From a virus (taxonomy: Duplodnaviria; Caudoviricetes), in the IMG/VR virus record IMGVR_UViG_3300049020_000042, positions 1-53,968 of that record: a stretch of 53,968 nucleotides of DNA; one strand, 5' to 3'. The notes beneath the pieces are model-generated. The model was given only the letters and a program-made list of their open reading frames with translations, ran no database searches and was not told the origin of the DNA. Of the stretch, positions 33,696 to 43,856 are shown one piece after another (the first letter of the stretch is position 1; each line of letters starts with the position of its first letter). The position numbers were made by a program, and so were the translations under genes.

Positions 33696-36599
33696 TTATA
33701 CCAGGTCCAAGCTGTCTCCGGAGTTGCGGATACGGATTGGAATGTAGATGAATTCAATTGCCTTGATAGGCTTGATCATCAAATCCGCCCACAATTCGTT
33801 GCGGTCACGTCTTTCTGCTGTGTTGTTGGATTCGTCACAAACCACAGCAAAGTCTTCCAGAGCTCTGAGACCAACCAAACCATTCAAGAAACGCTCAATC
33901 GTGATACGGAATGCGTCACGTGTCAGCATGTCGTTCTGTTCGAACAGGAACGGCTTAGCCAGAATATCCAAGTGATAACGCATGTAGTTGGTCAAACGAG
34001 CAACGTTCACGCGATCCATCGCGGAGCTGATTGGGCTCATGGTCTTTTGACCATATACCACCAGACCACGGTTTGGAATGTAGGCAATTGGGTTGATGTT
34101 GTTCAAATACAGAACATCGCGTTGACCTTGATTCAAGATCACTGGTTGATATTCGTTTTCTGATGTCAAGTAACCAACTGACGCTGCATTGCTAACCAGA
34201 CCACGAGTGTAACCCGCTGGGGCAAACCAAGGATAAGCCACCAAGTCGTTGTAAGCCAGAGTGCGGAGTGCCATTGTTGATGGTGGGACCATGATTTCCA
34301 TGCCGTCAACGTTTGTGCTGAGACCCCATGGGTAGTAGACGCCCAAGTAGTGGTTTCTAGTCGTGAGAGCCAGATCACCATTGCTTGGTGCATTTCTTAC
34401 GTTTGAAGCCCATGCGCTAACTGAAGTTGCATCTGGAGACAAACGTGCTGGTGTATCACCAACGATAAACGCAACTTCCTTCTGATCCACGTTCAATGTT
34501 ACCATTTCGTCGATGAGTTCAGGATAGCCTGGAACTGCCATCAAGTTGAAGTAAACCAGTTCAGAACGGATATCTTCGTTTGCTGCGATGATGGATTGCA
34601 GTTGACGAACGATCATCTGGCGTTGTGCCTTACGACCCATGAATGGGGCGCCATCAACTTGGTTACCAGAAGCAGTCACCCAACGGCCACGCTTGATAAC
34701 AGGTTCAAAGATCACTTGATCGAAACCAACAGTGTATTGTTCGTAGAAGTAATCAGTGTTTTCGTCAAAGTCACCATTGTCGAACAGATTTGGTTCCCAC
34801 TTCTTCACGTTGTATGTGGAGAAACGTGTGTTGAACAACAGAGTACCAGCGCTGTATGTGCGTGGATCTGGTGCATCTGGGTCAACATAGTTGCTCAGTG
34901 CCAAGTCCTGCTCTCTGATAGAATAACGGGTGTAGTCATTGCTGGCATTTGTGTATTCACCACCACTGTCTTCACGAGCATCGGCAAACACAATACCGAA
35001 CGGAGTTGTTTGGTCTGAATTGTCGATTACGGCCCACTTACGGGTGGAAGCCGTGTAGCGATAGATTCGTGGATAGTTCTCCAGATCCGAAGTGTCGATC
35101 CACAGATCGTTGTCAACCAAAGGAGTGTCGTCACTTTGGAACAATGGAGGAGCGGAACCCAGATGTGGACCAATCGGATCAGTAGCTGGATATGCACGGC
35201 GATAGCCAATCCACTGGTTACCGTCAAAGTCACAAACCATCAGGTCGACTTGGAAGTTGGTGTTGTACCACAGAGCGCCAGCTTCTGGGGGAGTAGTTGG
35301 AGCCTCGAAGTCTTCTTCGTAAGCCAATGAAGACCAAGCATTACCACCCCAACGCATCAATTCTGCACCACCAAGGGGATCAGATGACGTTCCTTCAGTG
35401 TTGTAACGGACGTAGAGGGTGCCAGTAGCTGGACGTGAGCCCAGAGCGGCATTTGCCTTAACGTCATTTTCGTAGAATGGAGTGTCCATTGTTACAAACG
35501 AACCAGTCGTTGCGCTGTAGAACTTCACAACATACTTGCTGCCGTTATTCAGATCGGTAGTCTTGATCCAGACGTCACCGGCGATTGAACGGTTGCTTGA
35601 GCTTGTTGGTGGGCGATTGTGTGGGGCATACGTGAGCTTGACGCTCTTGTATGTACCAGCAGCGAAACGCATTGCTGTCAGAGGAGTTCCTGATACGTTT
35701 TCGATAACCAGTGACTGGGATGGATCTGTGGAGTCGAACGCAAAGTTGAACTTCAGGCGACCTTGACTGTCGTGAGCCATCACAACCTTGTCTTCCAGAG
35801 CAGTACCAACCATTTGTGCGTTAACATCAGCAACCAGATCAGATACGGAAGTGCTGTTGATAACAAATGTGATGTTGTTCAAGCTGAAGCTGTTACCCAC
35901 AGTGACGGTGCCCATAGCGGAGCTACCATTCAGTTGGTTACGAGCAAATTTCCAAGCTGTAGAACCAACGTGCAACCAGTTACCAGCGACCTTTTCAAAC
36001 ACGCGGTTTGTGGCTTCCACAGTTACCACAGCAAAGTCACCTTCTTCACCAACGGCCTGCTTTGGCTTACCAGTCATGGTATCCAATTCAGTTTCACGAT
36101 AGATCAGAATTGCGTTCTGCTTGAGGAAAGGATCCAGGGAAGGATTACCTGTGGATTGGAAAATACCAAAACGGGATTCGCTCAGATCAAACCAGTAGGT
36201 GCCGTTGATTGGCTCGCCCATTGGAGGGTTAACTGACGGCTCCAATTGACTTGTATCAATATTGGCACGCATAACGTAAGCGCGATTGCTGATACCCAGA
36301 TATTGATATGCAGCGTGCAGACCGTATTCGTTCAGTTCGTCACCATGGATAGGTGTACCTTGAACAGTCTTGAAAATTGGGTTACCGAACGTTTGGATCA
36401 ATTCACGTTGGCTGGTCATCAAGTACAGCTTGTTGGCCTGACTTTCGACAGTACCAGGAGCGATACCAACGCCAGTGGGGGATGGTTTGTTGCTTGCAGT
36501 TGCAAACACGATCAGGGGAACAGTGCCCGGACCAGCGTTACCATAAAACGACTCGTCGATTACCGATACTTGTACGCCTGGGCTTACTAGATTACTCAT
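33696..36599 (-). CDS. tail sheath protein (gp18-like) with large insertion
   Basis: LVSPGVQV, FGNP, YYPW, PWFAPAG..RG, INPI, YGQKT, DRVNVARL, CDESNN and IKPIKAIEFI; TAAATA at 36636-36631. Confidence 0.96.
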   Translation of the reverse strand: MSNLVSPGVQVSVIDESFYGNAGPGTVPLIVFATASNKPSPTGVGIAPGTVESQANKLYLMTSQRELIQTFGNPIFKTVQGTPIHGDELNEYGLHAAYQYLGISNRAYVMRANIDTSQLEPSVNPPMGEPINGTYWFDLSESRFGIFQSTGNPSLDPFLKQNAILIYRETELDTMTGKPKQAVGEEGDFAVVTVEATNRVFEKVAGNWLHVGSTAWKFARNQLNGSSAMGTVTVGNSFSLNNITFVINSTSVSDLVADVNAQMVGTALEDKVVMAHDSQGRLKFNFAFDSTDPSQSLVIENVSGTPLTAMRFAAGTYKSVKLTYAPHNRPPTSSSNRSIAGDVWIKTTDLNNGSKYVVKFYSATTGSFVTMDTPFYENDVKANAALGSRPATGTLYVRYNTEGTSSDPLGGAELMRWGGNAWSSLAYEEDFEAPTTPPEAGALWYNTNFQVDLMVCDFDGNQWIGYRRAYPATDPIGPHLGSAPPLFQSDDTPLVDNDLWIDTSDLENYPRIYRYTASTRKWAVIDNSDQTTPFGIVFADAREDSGGEYTNASNDYTRYSIREQDLALSNYVDPDAPDPRTYSAGTLLFNTRFSTYNVKKWEPNLFDNGDFDENTDYFYEQYTVGFDQVIFEPVIKRGRWVTASGNQVDGAPFMGRKAQRQMIVRQLQSIIAANEDIRSELVYFNLMAVPGYPELIDEMVTLNVDQKEVAFIVGDTPARLSPDATSVSAWASNVRNAPSNGDLALTTRNHYLGVYYPWGLSTNVDGMEIMVPPSTMALRTLAYNDLVAYPWFAPAGYTRGLVSNAASVGYLTSENEYQPVILNQGQRDVLYLNNINPIAYIPNRGLVVYGQKTMSPISSAMDRVNVARLTNYMRYHLDILAKPFLFEQNDMLTRDAFRITIERFLNGLVGLRALEDFAVVCDESNNTAERRDRNELWADLMIKPIKAIEFIYIPIRIRNSGDSLDLV

Positions 36600-36690
36600 T
36601 ACCTTTTCTCCTACTGAGGAATTATCAAGTTATTTATCTGGAGGAGCGGTTTTTCAGCACCAACCAGACGATAACCTGAGTGTTAATTCT

Positions 36691-37266
36691 TCAGTTGGCG
36701 GTAGAGTATCCCATCAACTTTCTAATCGCATTTTTGCCACAAGGCAACAGATCTCTAGTACCAACTCCAGCCCAGAGACCCTTTGGTTGAACTGGGTCTG
36801 CGAAATCCCATTGCTTTTCCTGATAGTCCCATTGGAACCAATTTTCCGTGGGTTGATCGTAGAAGTAACAAGGCAGAACAGTTGCTCTATTCAAAAACAT
36901 CTGAACCGCCCATGCCGTACCACCACTAGGTTTACCGGTATCCATGAGTTGGCCCACGGCATATAGCGAATCGCTCCAGGCTACCTGATAGTGATTCCTG
37001 CGCAATAGATTCAGAATGTAGGAATTCTTTGGCAGATTGCGTTGCAAATCTACCTTGGCAATTTGAAGGAATGGATCAGCGGCTTTCAATTGTTCGTCGT
37101 CGAGCCTAACAACTTCACAATCTGGTGCGTATGTGGTATGGCCTTGAAAACTCCAATGAATAACGTTGTGACCCAAACTACCGGCACACATCCCCCATTG
37201 CAAATCTGCACCCTCAGCGCCACCACTCAAACATAGATTTTCTGAATACAGGCTTCTTAGATCCAT
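36691..37266 (-). CDS. SLOG-superfamily protein
   Basis: SGGAEGAD, LLRRN, GGTAWAV and AGVGTR. Confidence 0.65.
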   Translation of the reverse strand: MDLRSLYSENLCLSGGAEGADLQWGMCAGSLGHNVIHWSFQGHTTYAPDCEVVRLDDEQLKAADPFLQIAKVDLQRNLPKNSYILNLLRRNHYQVAWSDSLYAVGQLMDTGKPSGGTAWAVQMFLNRATVLPCYFYDQPTENWFQWDYQEKQWDFADPVQPKGLWAGVGTRDLLPCGKNAIRKLMGYSTAN

Positions 37267-37931
37267 GATCGATCCCCCGCTACTGATATCACCTTGTTAT
37301 GGAGATTCTCAATAGTGGAATTGTTTTCAATCGTCACTGCCGAAGAGTTGGCGAAAGAATTCCATTCCCATTCACTTGGGTGAATCTGAGGGTAATTCTG
37401 TTCCATGTAATCCCTCTTGAGATCAAGAGAATACATGAAGTCTGGGGTGCTGGTAACGCCCCAATGATTTGGAAGAGAACCCTTCTTAACATGAATGAAC
37501 AATGGGCCCTTGCCATTGATAGTCCCGATATCGGTGGCGAATTTTATTTCATGTCGATGTCTGATATCAGACAACACGATTCGGTCACCGCCCCGAAGCA
37601 GCATCTTTCTATAGAGAGAATTTAACCATATATCATCATGGATATACCTTCTCATTATATCAGTACCCAGATACGTCATTGCTACTCGTGGTGTAAAATT
37701 TGGAATACCCAACTTTTCCGACCACCAGACATCGACTGTTTCTCGCCACTGTCGGCTTTCAACCGTATTGCCTTCCATCAAGTCACGTTCCCATACAAAT
37801 ATCGAGGAAACCATGTCCTTGATACTGTCGGCAAACGCCATCTTGGTGAAACCAGAGTCTAGAAGTGGTTGAGCACCACTGTCTTTACCCGCGCCCTTGA
37901 ATCCAAAAAAACCAACTATTTTCATACTCAT
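37257..37931 (-). CDS. deoxynucleoside monophosphate kinase (T4 gp1-like)
   Basis: GFKGAGKD P-loop, FADSIK, TPR, GTD, SDIR, HPSE and IENNST. Confidence 0.92.
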   Translation of the reverse strand: MSMKIVGFFGFKGAGKDSGAQPLLDSGFTKMAFADSIKDMVSSIFVWERDLMEGNTVESRQWRETVDVWWSEKLGIPNFTPRVAMTYLGTDIMRRYIHDDIWLNSLYRKMLLRGGDRIVLSDIRHRHEIKFATDIGTINGKGPLFIHVKKGSLPNHWGVTSTPDFMYSLDLKRDYMEQNYPQIHPSEWEWNSFANSSAVTIENNSTIENLHNKVISVAGDRSWI

Positions 37932-37933
37932 AG

Positions 37934-38509
37934 TTATGAAATCTGCCAGTTGGTAGATACCGGTATAAGTGCATTCAGGGCTTTTTCTTCATCAGCGATT
38001 GGTACGATTTTTTCGTCAAAGCTCAGTAGCTTGATTCTAGCCACAACTTCTGGATCACGCACCCAGATCCATTCATCAACTTTCTTGTAATGTCTTGAGC
38101 TGTAGCCCAACCCCTTCAAGGATTCTCTGAATTCTGGGAAGACTGAGTTCTTGATGTTGACGGCGTAGTTGTATGGCTCGGTGATTGATTTGTCACTCTT
38201 TATCTTCTTATAGCTTCTGAGGAATTGAACACCGTATTGTTTGCCTAGATATTCATGGAACCGGTAAACCATCACGCAATGTTTTGCCGTTTGGGTTTCC
38301 TTTTCCTGAATTATGATTTCGTATTCAACGACCTCGGCTGTTTTAATCCAGTCACTGACGTCATATTTCATCTTGAATTGCGAATCAATTCGCAATCCCG
38401 CGTCCTCGTAAGAGGAAAATACTGTTCCGGATTCAGAGAAGCTGGAACTATAACCGTTCCAGAATAGACCAGTTGCTGTGTTTTTTATTTTGAATTGTTT
38501 TTGTCTCAT
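37934..38509 (-). CDS. hypothetical protein, divergent motif-family C-terminus
   Basis: WIWVRDPEVVARIKLL. Confidence 0.65.
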   Translation of the reverse strand: MRQKQFKIKNTATGLFWNGYSSSFSESGTVFSSYEDAGLRIDSQFKMKYDVSDWIKTAEVVEYEIIIQEKETQTAKHCVMVYRFHEYLGKQYGVQFLRSYKKIKSDKSITEPYNYAVNIKNSVFPEFRESLKGLGYSSRHYKKVDEWIWVRDPEVVARIKLLSFDEKIVPIADEEKALNALIPVSTNWQIS

Positions 38510-38754
38510 GCGTCATCTGAACCACCCGAGAACGGGTCTCCATATAACCACATGCGAAACATAATCAATTCAGATTCTAGTTCAAACGTTACTAGAAACT
38601 CCTTGATTTCGACTTCCACGTAAGACCAACCAGACGTATTGGTCTCCAGCCACTTTGTGATAATTTGGAGGCATTCCGAGTCACCGGCACTAAATTTGCA
38701 CCAGTAAAAGGTTCCCTTTACCTGCCTCCATTGTGCGTAACTCAAGCATGCCAT
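38506..38754 (-). CDS. small protein, FExxxDxxxFKL-motif family
   Basis: WLETNTSGW...FLVTFELESELIMFRM. Confidence 0.7.
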   Translation of the reverse strand: MACLSYAQWRQVKGTFYWCKFSAGDSECLQIITKWLETNTSGWSYVEVEIKEFLVTFELESELIMFRMWLYGDPFSGGSDDA

Positions 38755-38755
38755 G

Positions 38756-39118
38756 TCAAATACCTGACATCAGTTCTGTGATCTGTTTCAGCTTTTGATT
38801 GACGCGTTCACCATCTTCGGTATTCAACATTCCCATTGAATAGAAGATCGGATATCCGTTGATGTTCATGTTCACGGCTTCAGAATAAAGGCCGTAAAAA
38901 TGCACGATACCATCACGGATGAATTCTTTTCTCGTGATTTCATCGATGAACACAAGGGGCATGAAGATGTTGGGGAGCAGGTTGATATCGTGCGCAGCGA
39001 TCATCCAACTGGTAAAGATTTCACCACGGAAAAGTTGCATGGCTAGATCCTTGATCTCAGCATCAGTCTTTGCCGTATATTGCGACTCTTCCTTAAACTC
39101 GCCAGACCTGAATTCCAT
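38756..39118 (-). CDS. hypothetical protein
   Basis: IFMPL, INGYPIF motifs; own promoter upstream. Confidence 0.7.
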   Translation of the reverse strand: MEFRSGEFKEESQYTAKTDAEIKDLAMQLFRGEIFTSWMIAAHDINLLPNIFMPLVFIDEITRKEFIRDGIVHFYGLYSEAVNMNINGYPIFYSMGMLNTEDGERVNQKLKQITELMSGI

Positions 39119-39119
39119 G

Positions 39120-39174
39120 ATTATGAGCTCCGTTGTTAGGAGCTCATAATATTTTCATTTGATGCCTAAGTCAA
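39120..39174 (-). promoter_or_regulatory. sigma70 promoter with RBS-sequestering hairpin
   Basis: TTGACT-17-TATTAT (39174-39146); 12-bp stem 39120-39150 contains GGAG. Confidence 0.65.
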
Positions 39175-39175
39175 C

Positions 39176-40603
39176 TCAGAGACGAAGACGCCAAAATCCT
39201 GGATGGTATTCACCGTCAATAGCCATAATCCAAGTTCCATCAGTGAACTTCAGTTGCTTTCCGCTTCTAAGGTTCACCAAATAATGAACTGTCGTTGTTG
39301 TGCTGGCATCAAAGTCTATCGACCATCTGCCATTCCTGAACTCGATGATATCCCCTGCTTGGGCTGAGAATGGTGCACCGTTGGAATCCTGAATGTCACC
39401 CAACTTGTTTGACAGAGTTCCCCAAGCGATGGTTCTTCCCAAGTCTTCCAAGAGCATGTAACGTTGTCCTTCGGCTTCTGCTGGTAGAACCCCTTCACGA
39501 TTGCCATTCAGATCACTCAATGGAAAGTGCTTCATAGGATCAATGATTGCATCTACGGGGGCTTGTGTGTTACCCGGGAGTGTGTCTGGATCAACTTGCC
39601 AATGAATGACGTTGGGTCTTGATGGATCCAAGTTCAGAGTTCCAATGATGTCAAGGTCGATGTCTTGTTCAATATCAGCTCTCAGTCTCAACTGACTTTC
39701 ACCAGCACGGAATGGACCGTACGGCTTCAAGAGATCTTCCCAACTCATTAAATTACCATTGATATCGGTCTCAAGTCCTTTCACAGCAAGTAACGTGATC
39801 TCATCACCAGATATCCTGATTCGAGCATTCTTCGGAGTAACTATAACCCTAGACATTAAGGCACTTGAATCCATTTGGATCTCGTTGTCACCCAATCTAT
39901 CAGGCTTGCCCTCAAACTCACCCTCAAGAATATTGGTGACGATTTGATGGATAAGCTTCTGTTGTTTGACCTTTGCCGGAGGGGTAATCCAAACTGGCAA
40001 TTTGAAAACAAAACTGGCTACGTCGATTTCTTCATTCGTCCCTACTGGAATGTTCCTTGATGACCATGTCGTGGATTCAAGTTCAACCCTAGTAAGAGCA
40101 GTCCAGTCAATGGGGTTCTCACTGCTTTGAATATCAAAGCCGATATTGAACGCCATGTAGACTTGCTCCCACAATTGATGCTTCTGGTGTTCGTTGGAGG
40201 TCCAGAGATCAACCTGAAGTGTGATATCAAGTGGGTGTGGCATTTGTCTTTCGACTGTGTATCCGTTGCCACGTTCACCGGTATAGTTACCATTAGAATC
40301 GATTGCTCTCTCAGTCACCTGTACGGTTGATACGTGGCTGGGGTTCTGCGTTCTATTTCTGTTGGGTGACATTTCTTTCACCCATATGGTGAACATAGGA
40401 ACACTCAGAATTGAGTTCTCACTGTTGTTCTTCATAATGTGTGCGACTTGTCTATTCTGATTTGCCATCCTACATGGTACGGTACGAAGAGTTGGCGGTC
40501 CACCATCTCTCCCACCAACCATGTATTGGAAACCAGTAAAGGCTCGAACGAACTGCGTCAGAAATCTTCTGATTTGTGAATCATAAAAATAGTCATAGGA
40601 CAT
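39176..40603 (-). CDS. tail terminator / sheath stabiliser (gp15-like) with C-terminal extension
   Basis: YFYD.QIRR, VP, PHP, QKHQL.EQ...FN and WITPPAKVK. Confidence 0.75.
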   Translation of the reverse strand: MSYDYFYDSQIRRFLTQFVRAFTGFQYMVGGRDGGPPTLRTVPCRMANQNRQVAHIMKNNSENSILSVPMFTIWVKEMSPNRNRTQNPSHVSTVQVTERAIDSNGNYTGERGNGYTVERQMPHPLDITLQVDLWTSNEHQKHQLWEQVYMAFNIGFDIQSSENPIDWTALTRVELESTTWSSRNIPVGTNEEIDVASFVFKLPVWITPPAKVKQQKLIHQIVTNILEGEFEGKPDRLGDNEIQMDSSALMSRVIVTPKNARIRISGDEITLLAVKGLETDINGNLMSWEDLLKPYGPFRAGESQLRLRADIEQDIDLDIIGTLNLDPSRPNVIHWQVDPDTLPGNTQAPVDAIIDPMKHFPLSDLNGNREGVLPAEAEGQRYMLLEDLGRTIAWGTLSNKLGDIQDSNGAPFSAQAGDIIEFRNGRWSIDFDASTTTTVHYLVNLRSGKQLKFTDGTWIMAIDGEYHPGFWRLRL

Positions 40604-41198
40604 CTGGTTTCTTTTTCCGGTTAGTGTTGCCTTTTAATTTATCAGCAATCTTCTGTTTTGTTTCTTCTGTCCGAACCCAACTAGACATTTTGGATTTCGC
40701 TTCATCTGAACGAGTCTGGCCTTTTAACTTTTCAACTCTTTTTGCAATCCATTCAGGGTCCTGCTTTTTCCCTAACATATGATTACTTTTTCCTCTTAAG
40801 TGTTCGTGAAGCTTAGTCATAGCTTCCTTTTTTCGCTCACTTTTCTTTAAAGATTCTATTAAATTCGCTATATGCTCAGGAGTTTTTGCCTGTCCTTTCA
40901 GTCTAGACGAGATATATTTGGCATGTTCTTTTCTGAGCCATTCATAAGTTTTGCCATTTATTCGAACATCCGCCTTGTTCGTCATGAACCAAAATGCATG
41001 AATCATCGGGCCACCATGTATCCTAGCCAACAACCAATGAGCTATAAAGTGTTCTCGTGCAGTCAAATCAACCAAGTTATTAGCATCATCACTTCCGCCC
41101 ATTGAGCGAGGGACTATGTGATGTGATTCTTTATACGAAGTGAGAATTCGATCTTTGGCTTTTTCAATAAGCCTTGAATAATGATTTTCGTAATTCAT
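40593..41198 (-). mobile_element. free-standing HNH homing endonuclease with NUMOD3-like repeats
   Basis: ESHHIVPRSMGG, NLVDLTAREHFIAHWLL; SDEAKSKMS and TEETKQKI. Confidence 0.9.
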
Positions 41199-41230
41199 GG
41201 TTGTTCGTCATAAAAGTAATCATAAGACAT
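41195..41230 (-). pseudogene. remnant 5' end of the gp15-like gene (MSYDYFYDEQP*)
   Basis: First 8 codons encode the same residues as 40603-40580; TAATG overlap with endolysin stop. Confidence 0.75.
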
Positions 41231-41649
41231 TATTGAATCTTTTTCCCTGCACGGAGATCAGCAAGAGTCAACCCACCCGTGTATTGGCAATGTGCCAGTT
41301 CTTTAAATGATCTCCAATTGCCAGCCCATTCGAGACCACAGAGATCTACCGCCAGTTTGCCACATTTGGTGAATGTAGCGGTGTCGTTCCAATCGATCCT
41401 GCCATTTTTCACAGGGGCGAAATCAAAGGCACATCGGAAATTATGCCAGCTTTCACCAGCTCTTGCGTTTGTTACGATAGCTCCAGGCTTGGTTCTACCC
41501 TGAGCGTAGAGTGCATTTTGTGATTCATTGTCACGATAGGTCGAAGTGATAATCACTTCAATTCCTTCCAGCAGACAAGCTGCAATAAAAGCCTTGCATT
41601 TGTCTCGTACTATCGGATTCAAATCATCGATATTTCTAGAATTGATCAT
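41230..41649 (-). CDS. endolysin, M15 L-Ala-D-Glu peptidase family
   Basis: TYR...Q..LYAQGR, SWHNFRCAFD and WAGNW..FKELAH. Confidence 0.9.
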   Translation of the reverse strand: MINSRNIDDLNPIVRDKCKAFIAACLLEGIEVIITSTYRDNESQNALYAQGRTKPGAIVTNARAGESWHNFRCAFDFAPVKNGRIDWNDTATFTKCGKLAVDLCGLEWAGNWRSFKELAHCQYTGGLTLADLRAGKKIQ

Positions 41650-41658
41650 TGTTGTCCC

Positions 41659-42729
41659 TCAAAAATCTGATTTAGGCAAAATTGCCTTTGAAAGTGGAGT
41701 CTTCTCTGGAAGAATCGTACCGTCGTCGTGAACGCTCGTTGCTCGGTTATTGATGAAGGATTTCAACAACCTATGAGCCATACTCCATTCGCCTTGACGA
41801 TAGTCAACTTCACGTCTTGCCCATTTGTTGCCATCCTTTTGGTAAAGGATGTAGGGCTCGTAATCGGTTCTCAAAAAGTAGTCACCCTGAACTGCATCGT
41901 TGGGGAATCTAGTTCCCGACCTCGTGAGTTCAGCACCATTTGGTGGTTCACCGTCACCAGCAAACACCCAAGGAAATTGCATTCCCATATCATCACCCGG
42001 AACCACATAAAACTGGCGAGTTTCAAAGTTCCGCTGCATGACATGTTCTCTTGCTTCATCCAATACAGCATCATTGATCTCAAATTCTCGATTGATGTTG
42101 CTCATTAGGTTTCGCAGATTGTCATCCATGGACAAACCAAACGGATCATCAGCTGTCTTATCCAAGACATCGATATATTCCTGACTGTCGGTTATTGGTT
42201 CACACTTCACTCTCCAAATATGAGGAAACCAAGTCTGTGAATAACCATCGCTGGCTCGCATAGCGTCGACTACCACGTAGAACTTGTTGATAGCTTTTGC
42301 ATCTGGATCTAACAATGCATCATCACGCAAATGTGGCAGTTCCAATACGTCACCATTCATCAATTTCCTACCCAGATCCGCAATCATATCGCTCAGGTGG
42401 AATTCAATGAATATCGAATCGTTACTCAAGAACAAACCGAATTGCTTCAGATCGAATTCACTGTCTTGAATGTTGTAGATTGCTCGCAGTTCTATGATGT
42501 CCTTGGCGTATCGACGATCACGATTTTCCATGAACAACATGTCTTGAATCTTCAGAACACCCTTGGGATCATCCGGATCCGTTGGGTTTCCTTGGGCATC
42601 GTGGACTCCCAAGTATTTGTGAATATAGGCGGCAGTCCCACCAATGCTGAAGTATTCAGAGATCGTTCGATCAATGAATCTGTAGTCATTTGACTTTCGT
42701 CCGCTGTTCCATATCGAGAGCTTTGGCAT
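41659..42729 (-). CDS. neck / head-closure protein (gp14-like)
   Basis: QDMLFMENRDR, LKQFGLF, GDVLELP; start at ATG 42729; TATAAATA at 42759-42752. Confidence 0.7.
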   Translation of the reverse strand: MPKLSIWNSGRKSNDYRFIDRTISEYFSIGGTAAYIHKYLGVHDAQGNPTDPDDPKGVLKIQDMLFMENRDRRYAKDIIELRAIYNIQDSEFDLKQFGLFLSNDSIFIEFHLSDMIADLGRKLMNGDVLELPHLRDDALLDPDAKAINKFYVVVDAMRASDGYSQTWFPHIWRVKCEPITDSQEYIDVLDKTADDPFGLSMDDNLRNLMSNINREFEINDAVLDEAREHVMQRNFETRQFYVVPGDDMGMQFPWVFAGDGEPPNGAELTRSGTRFPNDAVQGDYFLRTDYEPYILYQKDGNKWARREVDYRQGEWSMAHRLLKSFINNRATSVHDDGTILPEKTPLSKAILPKSDF

Positions 42730-42751
42730 GAACCCATCCTGATGTTTCAAG

Positions 42752-42771
42752 TATTTATATGTCAATAAATA
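42752..42771. promoter_or_regulatory. divergent T4-type late promoters
   Basis: TATAAATA on - (42759-42752) and TAAATA on + (42766-42771) between the neck genes. Confidence 0.7.
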
Positions 42772-42793
42772 ACTGATAACGGAGTAGAAATTC

Positions 42794-43558
42794 ATGACCC
42801 CTAGACAAAGACTCATCAAGGAAATCCAAATCAGATTGGGTGGAGGTATGATTGACCTAGAAGCGGACCCGGTTCATTACGATCTGGCGGTCACTATGGC
42901 GCTTGACCGCTATCGTCAAAGATCTGGCAATAGCATGGAGGAAAGTTTCATCTTCGTTGATACTACTCCAGGCCAGGACACGTACACTCTTCCAAATGAA
43001 ATCCAATTGGTTCGATACGCTTATCGCCGTGGTATTGGTTCAAACGGTGGTACCGGAGCTATCGATCCGTTCAGCTTGGCATTCACCAACAACCTGTACC
43101 TTCTGAGCGGTAGCGGTGGTGGCGGCGGGACTAGCTCTGGTGGTACGGGTTCCCTCGCCACCTATGACCTCGCTATGGGATTCCAGGAATTGGCTGGTAG
43201 ATTGTTTGGTAGAGAAGTCATATTCTCTTTCAGCCAAACCTCCCACACAATTCAATTCCATAGAAAGTTTGGTGGTATTGAGACCATATTGCTTCACGCC
43301 TACATGTCCAGACCAGAGGGGGCCATTATTGATGGTATCTACTCCAAGCCATGGATCAGAGATTGCGCGGTTGCCCATTCAAAGATCATCATTGGTGAAG
43401 CTCGAAGCAAGTTCAGCCAGATCGCAGGCCCACAAGGTGGTTCAACGTTGAACGGTGAAGCGATGAAACAAGAAGGCTTGGCCGAACTCGAAAGATTGGA
43501 AAACGAAATTAACCTTCAGATTGATGGAAATGAAGGATATGGAATGACCATTGGTTAA
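42794..43558 (+). CDS. neck protein (gp13-like)
   Basis: RLGGGMIDLE, WIRD, GEARSKF and GPQGG.TLNG. Confidence 0.8.
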   Translation: MTPRQRLIKEIQIRLGGGMIDLEADPVHYDLAVTMALDRYRQRSGNSMEESFIFVDTTPGQDTYTLPNEIQLVRYAYRRGIGSNGGTGAIDPFSLAFTNNLYLLSGSGGGGGTSSGGTGSLATYDLAMGFQELAGRLFGREVIFSFSQTSHTIQFHRKFGGIETILLHAYMSRPEGAIIDGIYSKPWIRDCAVAHSKIIIGEARSKFSQIAGPQGGSTLNGEAMKQEGLAELERLENEINLQIDGNEGYGMTIG

Positions 43559-43578
43559 TGGTGCTAGACTTATAGAGT

Positions 43579-43812
43579 ATGGCAATCAAACAAATCAGCG
43601 AACACGTTCTTCGAATAACTGAGAAGGATTGGGATCGGATTCGTTTTGCGTTCAATCAGCAACAAACCATCAAGCAGGTCAAACCACCTAGTGGTGATCT
43701 TTCCAAATTCTTAGATGTTGACGATGCCGAAATCCTGTTTGGTTCGATACTCGAAGTGTACATCGAGGATCCAGTCAGGATGTTGCAATTTAAATTTGAT
43801 TGGTCGGCATAG
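43579..43812 (+). CDS. small protein, FExxxDxxxFKL-motif family
   Basis: VYIEDPVRMLQFKFDW. Confidence 0.65.
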   Translation: MAIKQISEHVLRITEKDWDRIRFAFNQQQTIKQVKPPSGDLSKFLDVDDAEILFGSILEVYIEDPVRMLQFKFDWSA

Positions 43813-43856
43813 ATTGTTCATTTGGTGTTATAATTCCTCCATCAACAGGAGGTCTT

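Noticed and set aside
40593-41230. Group I intron carrying the HNH
   Set aside because: There is no non-coding room for a ribozyme core, and the downstream gene has its own complete start.
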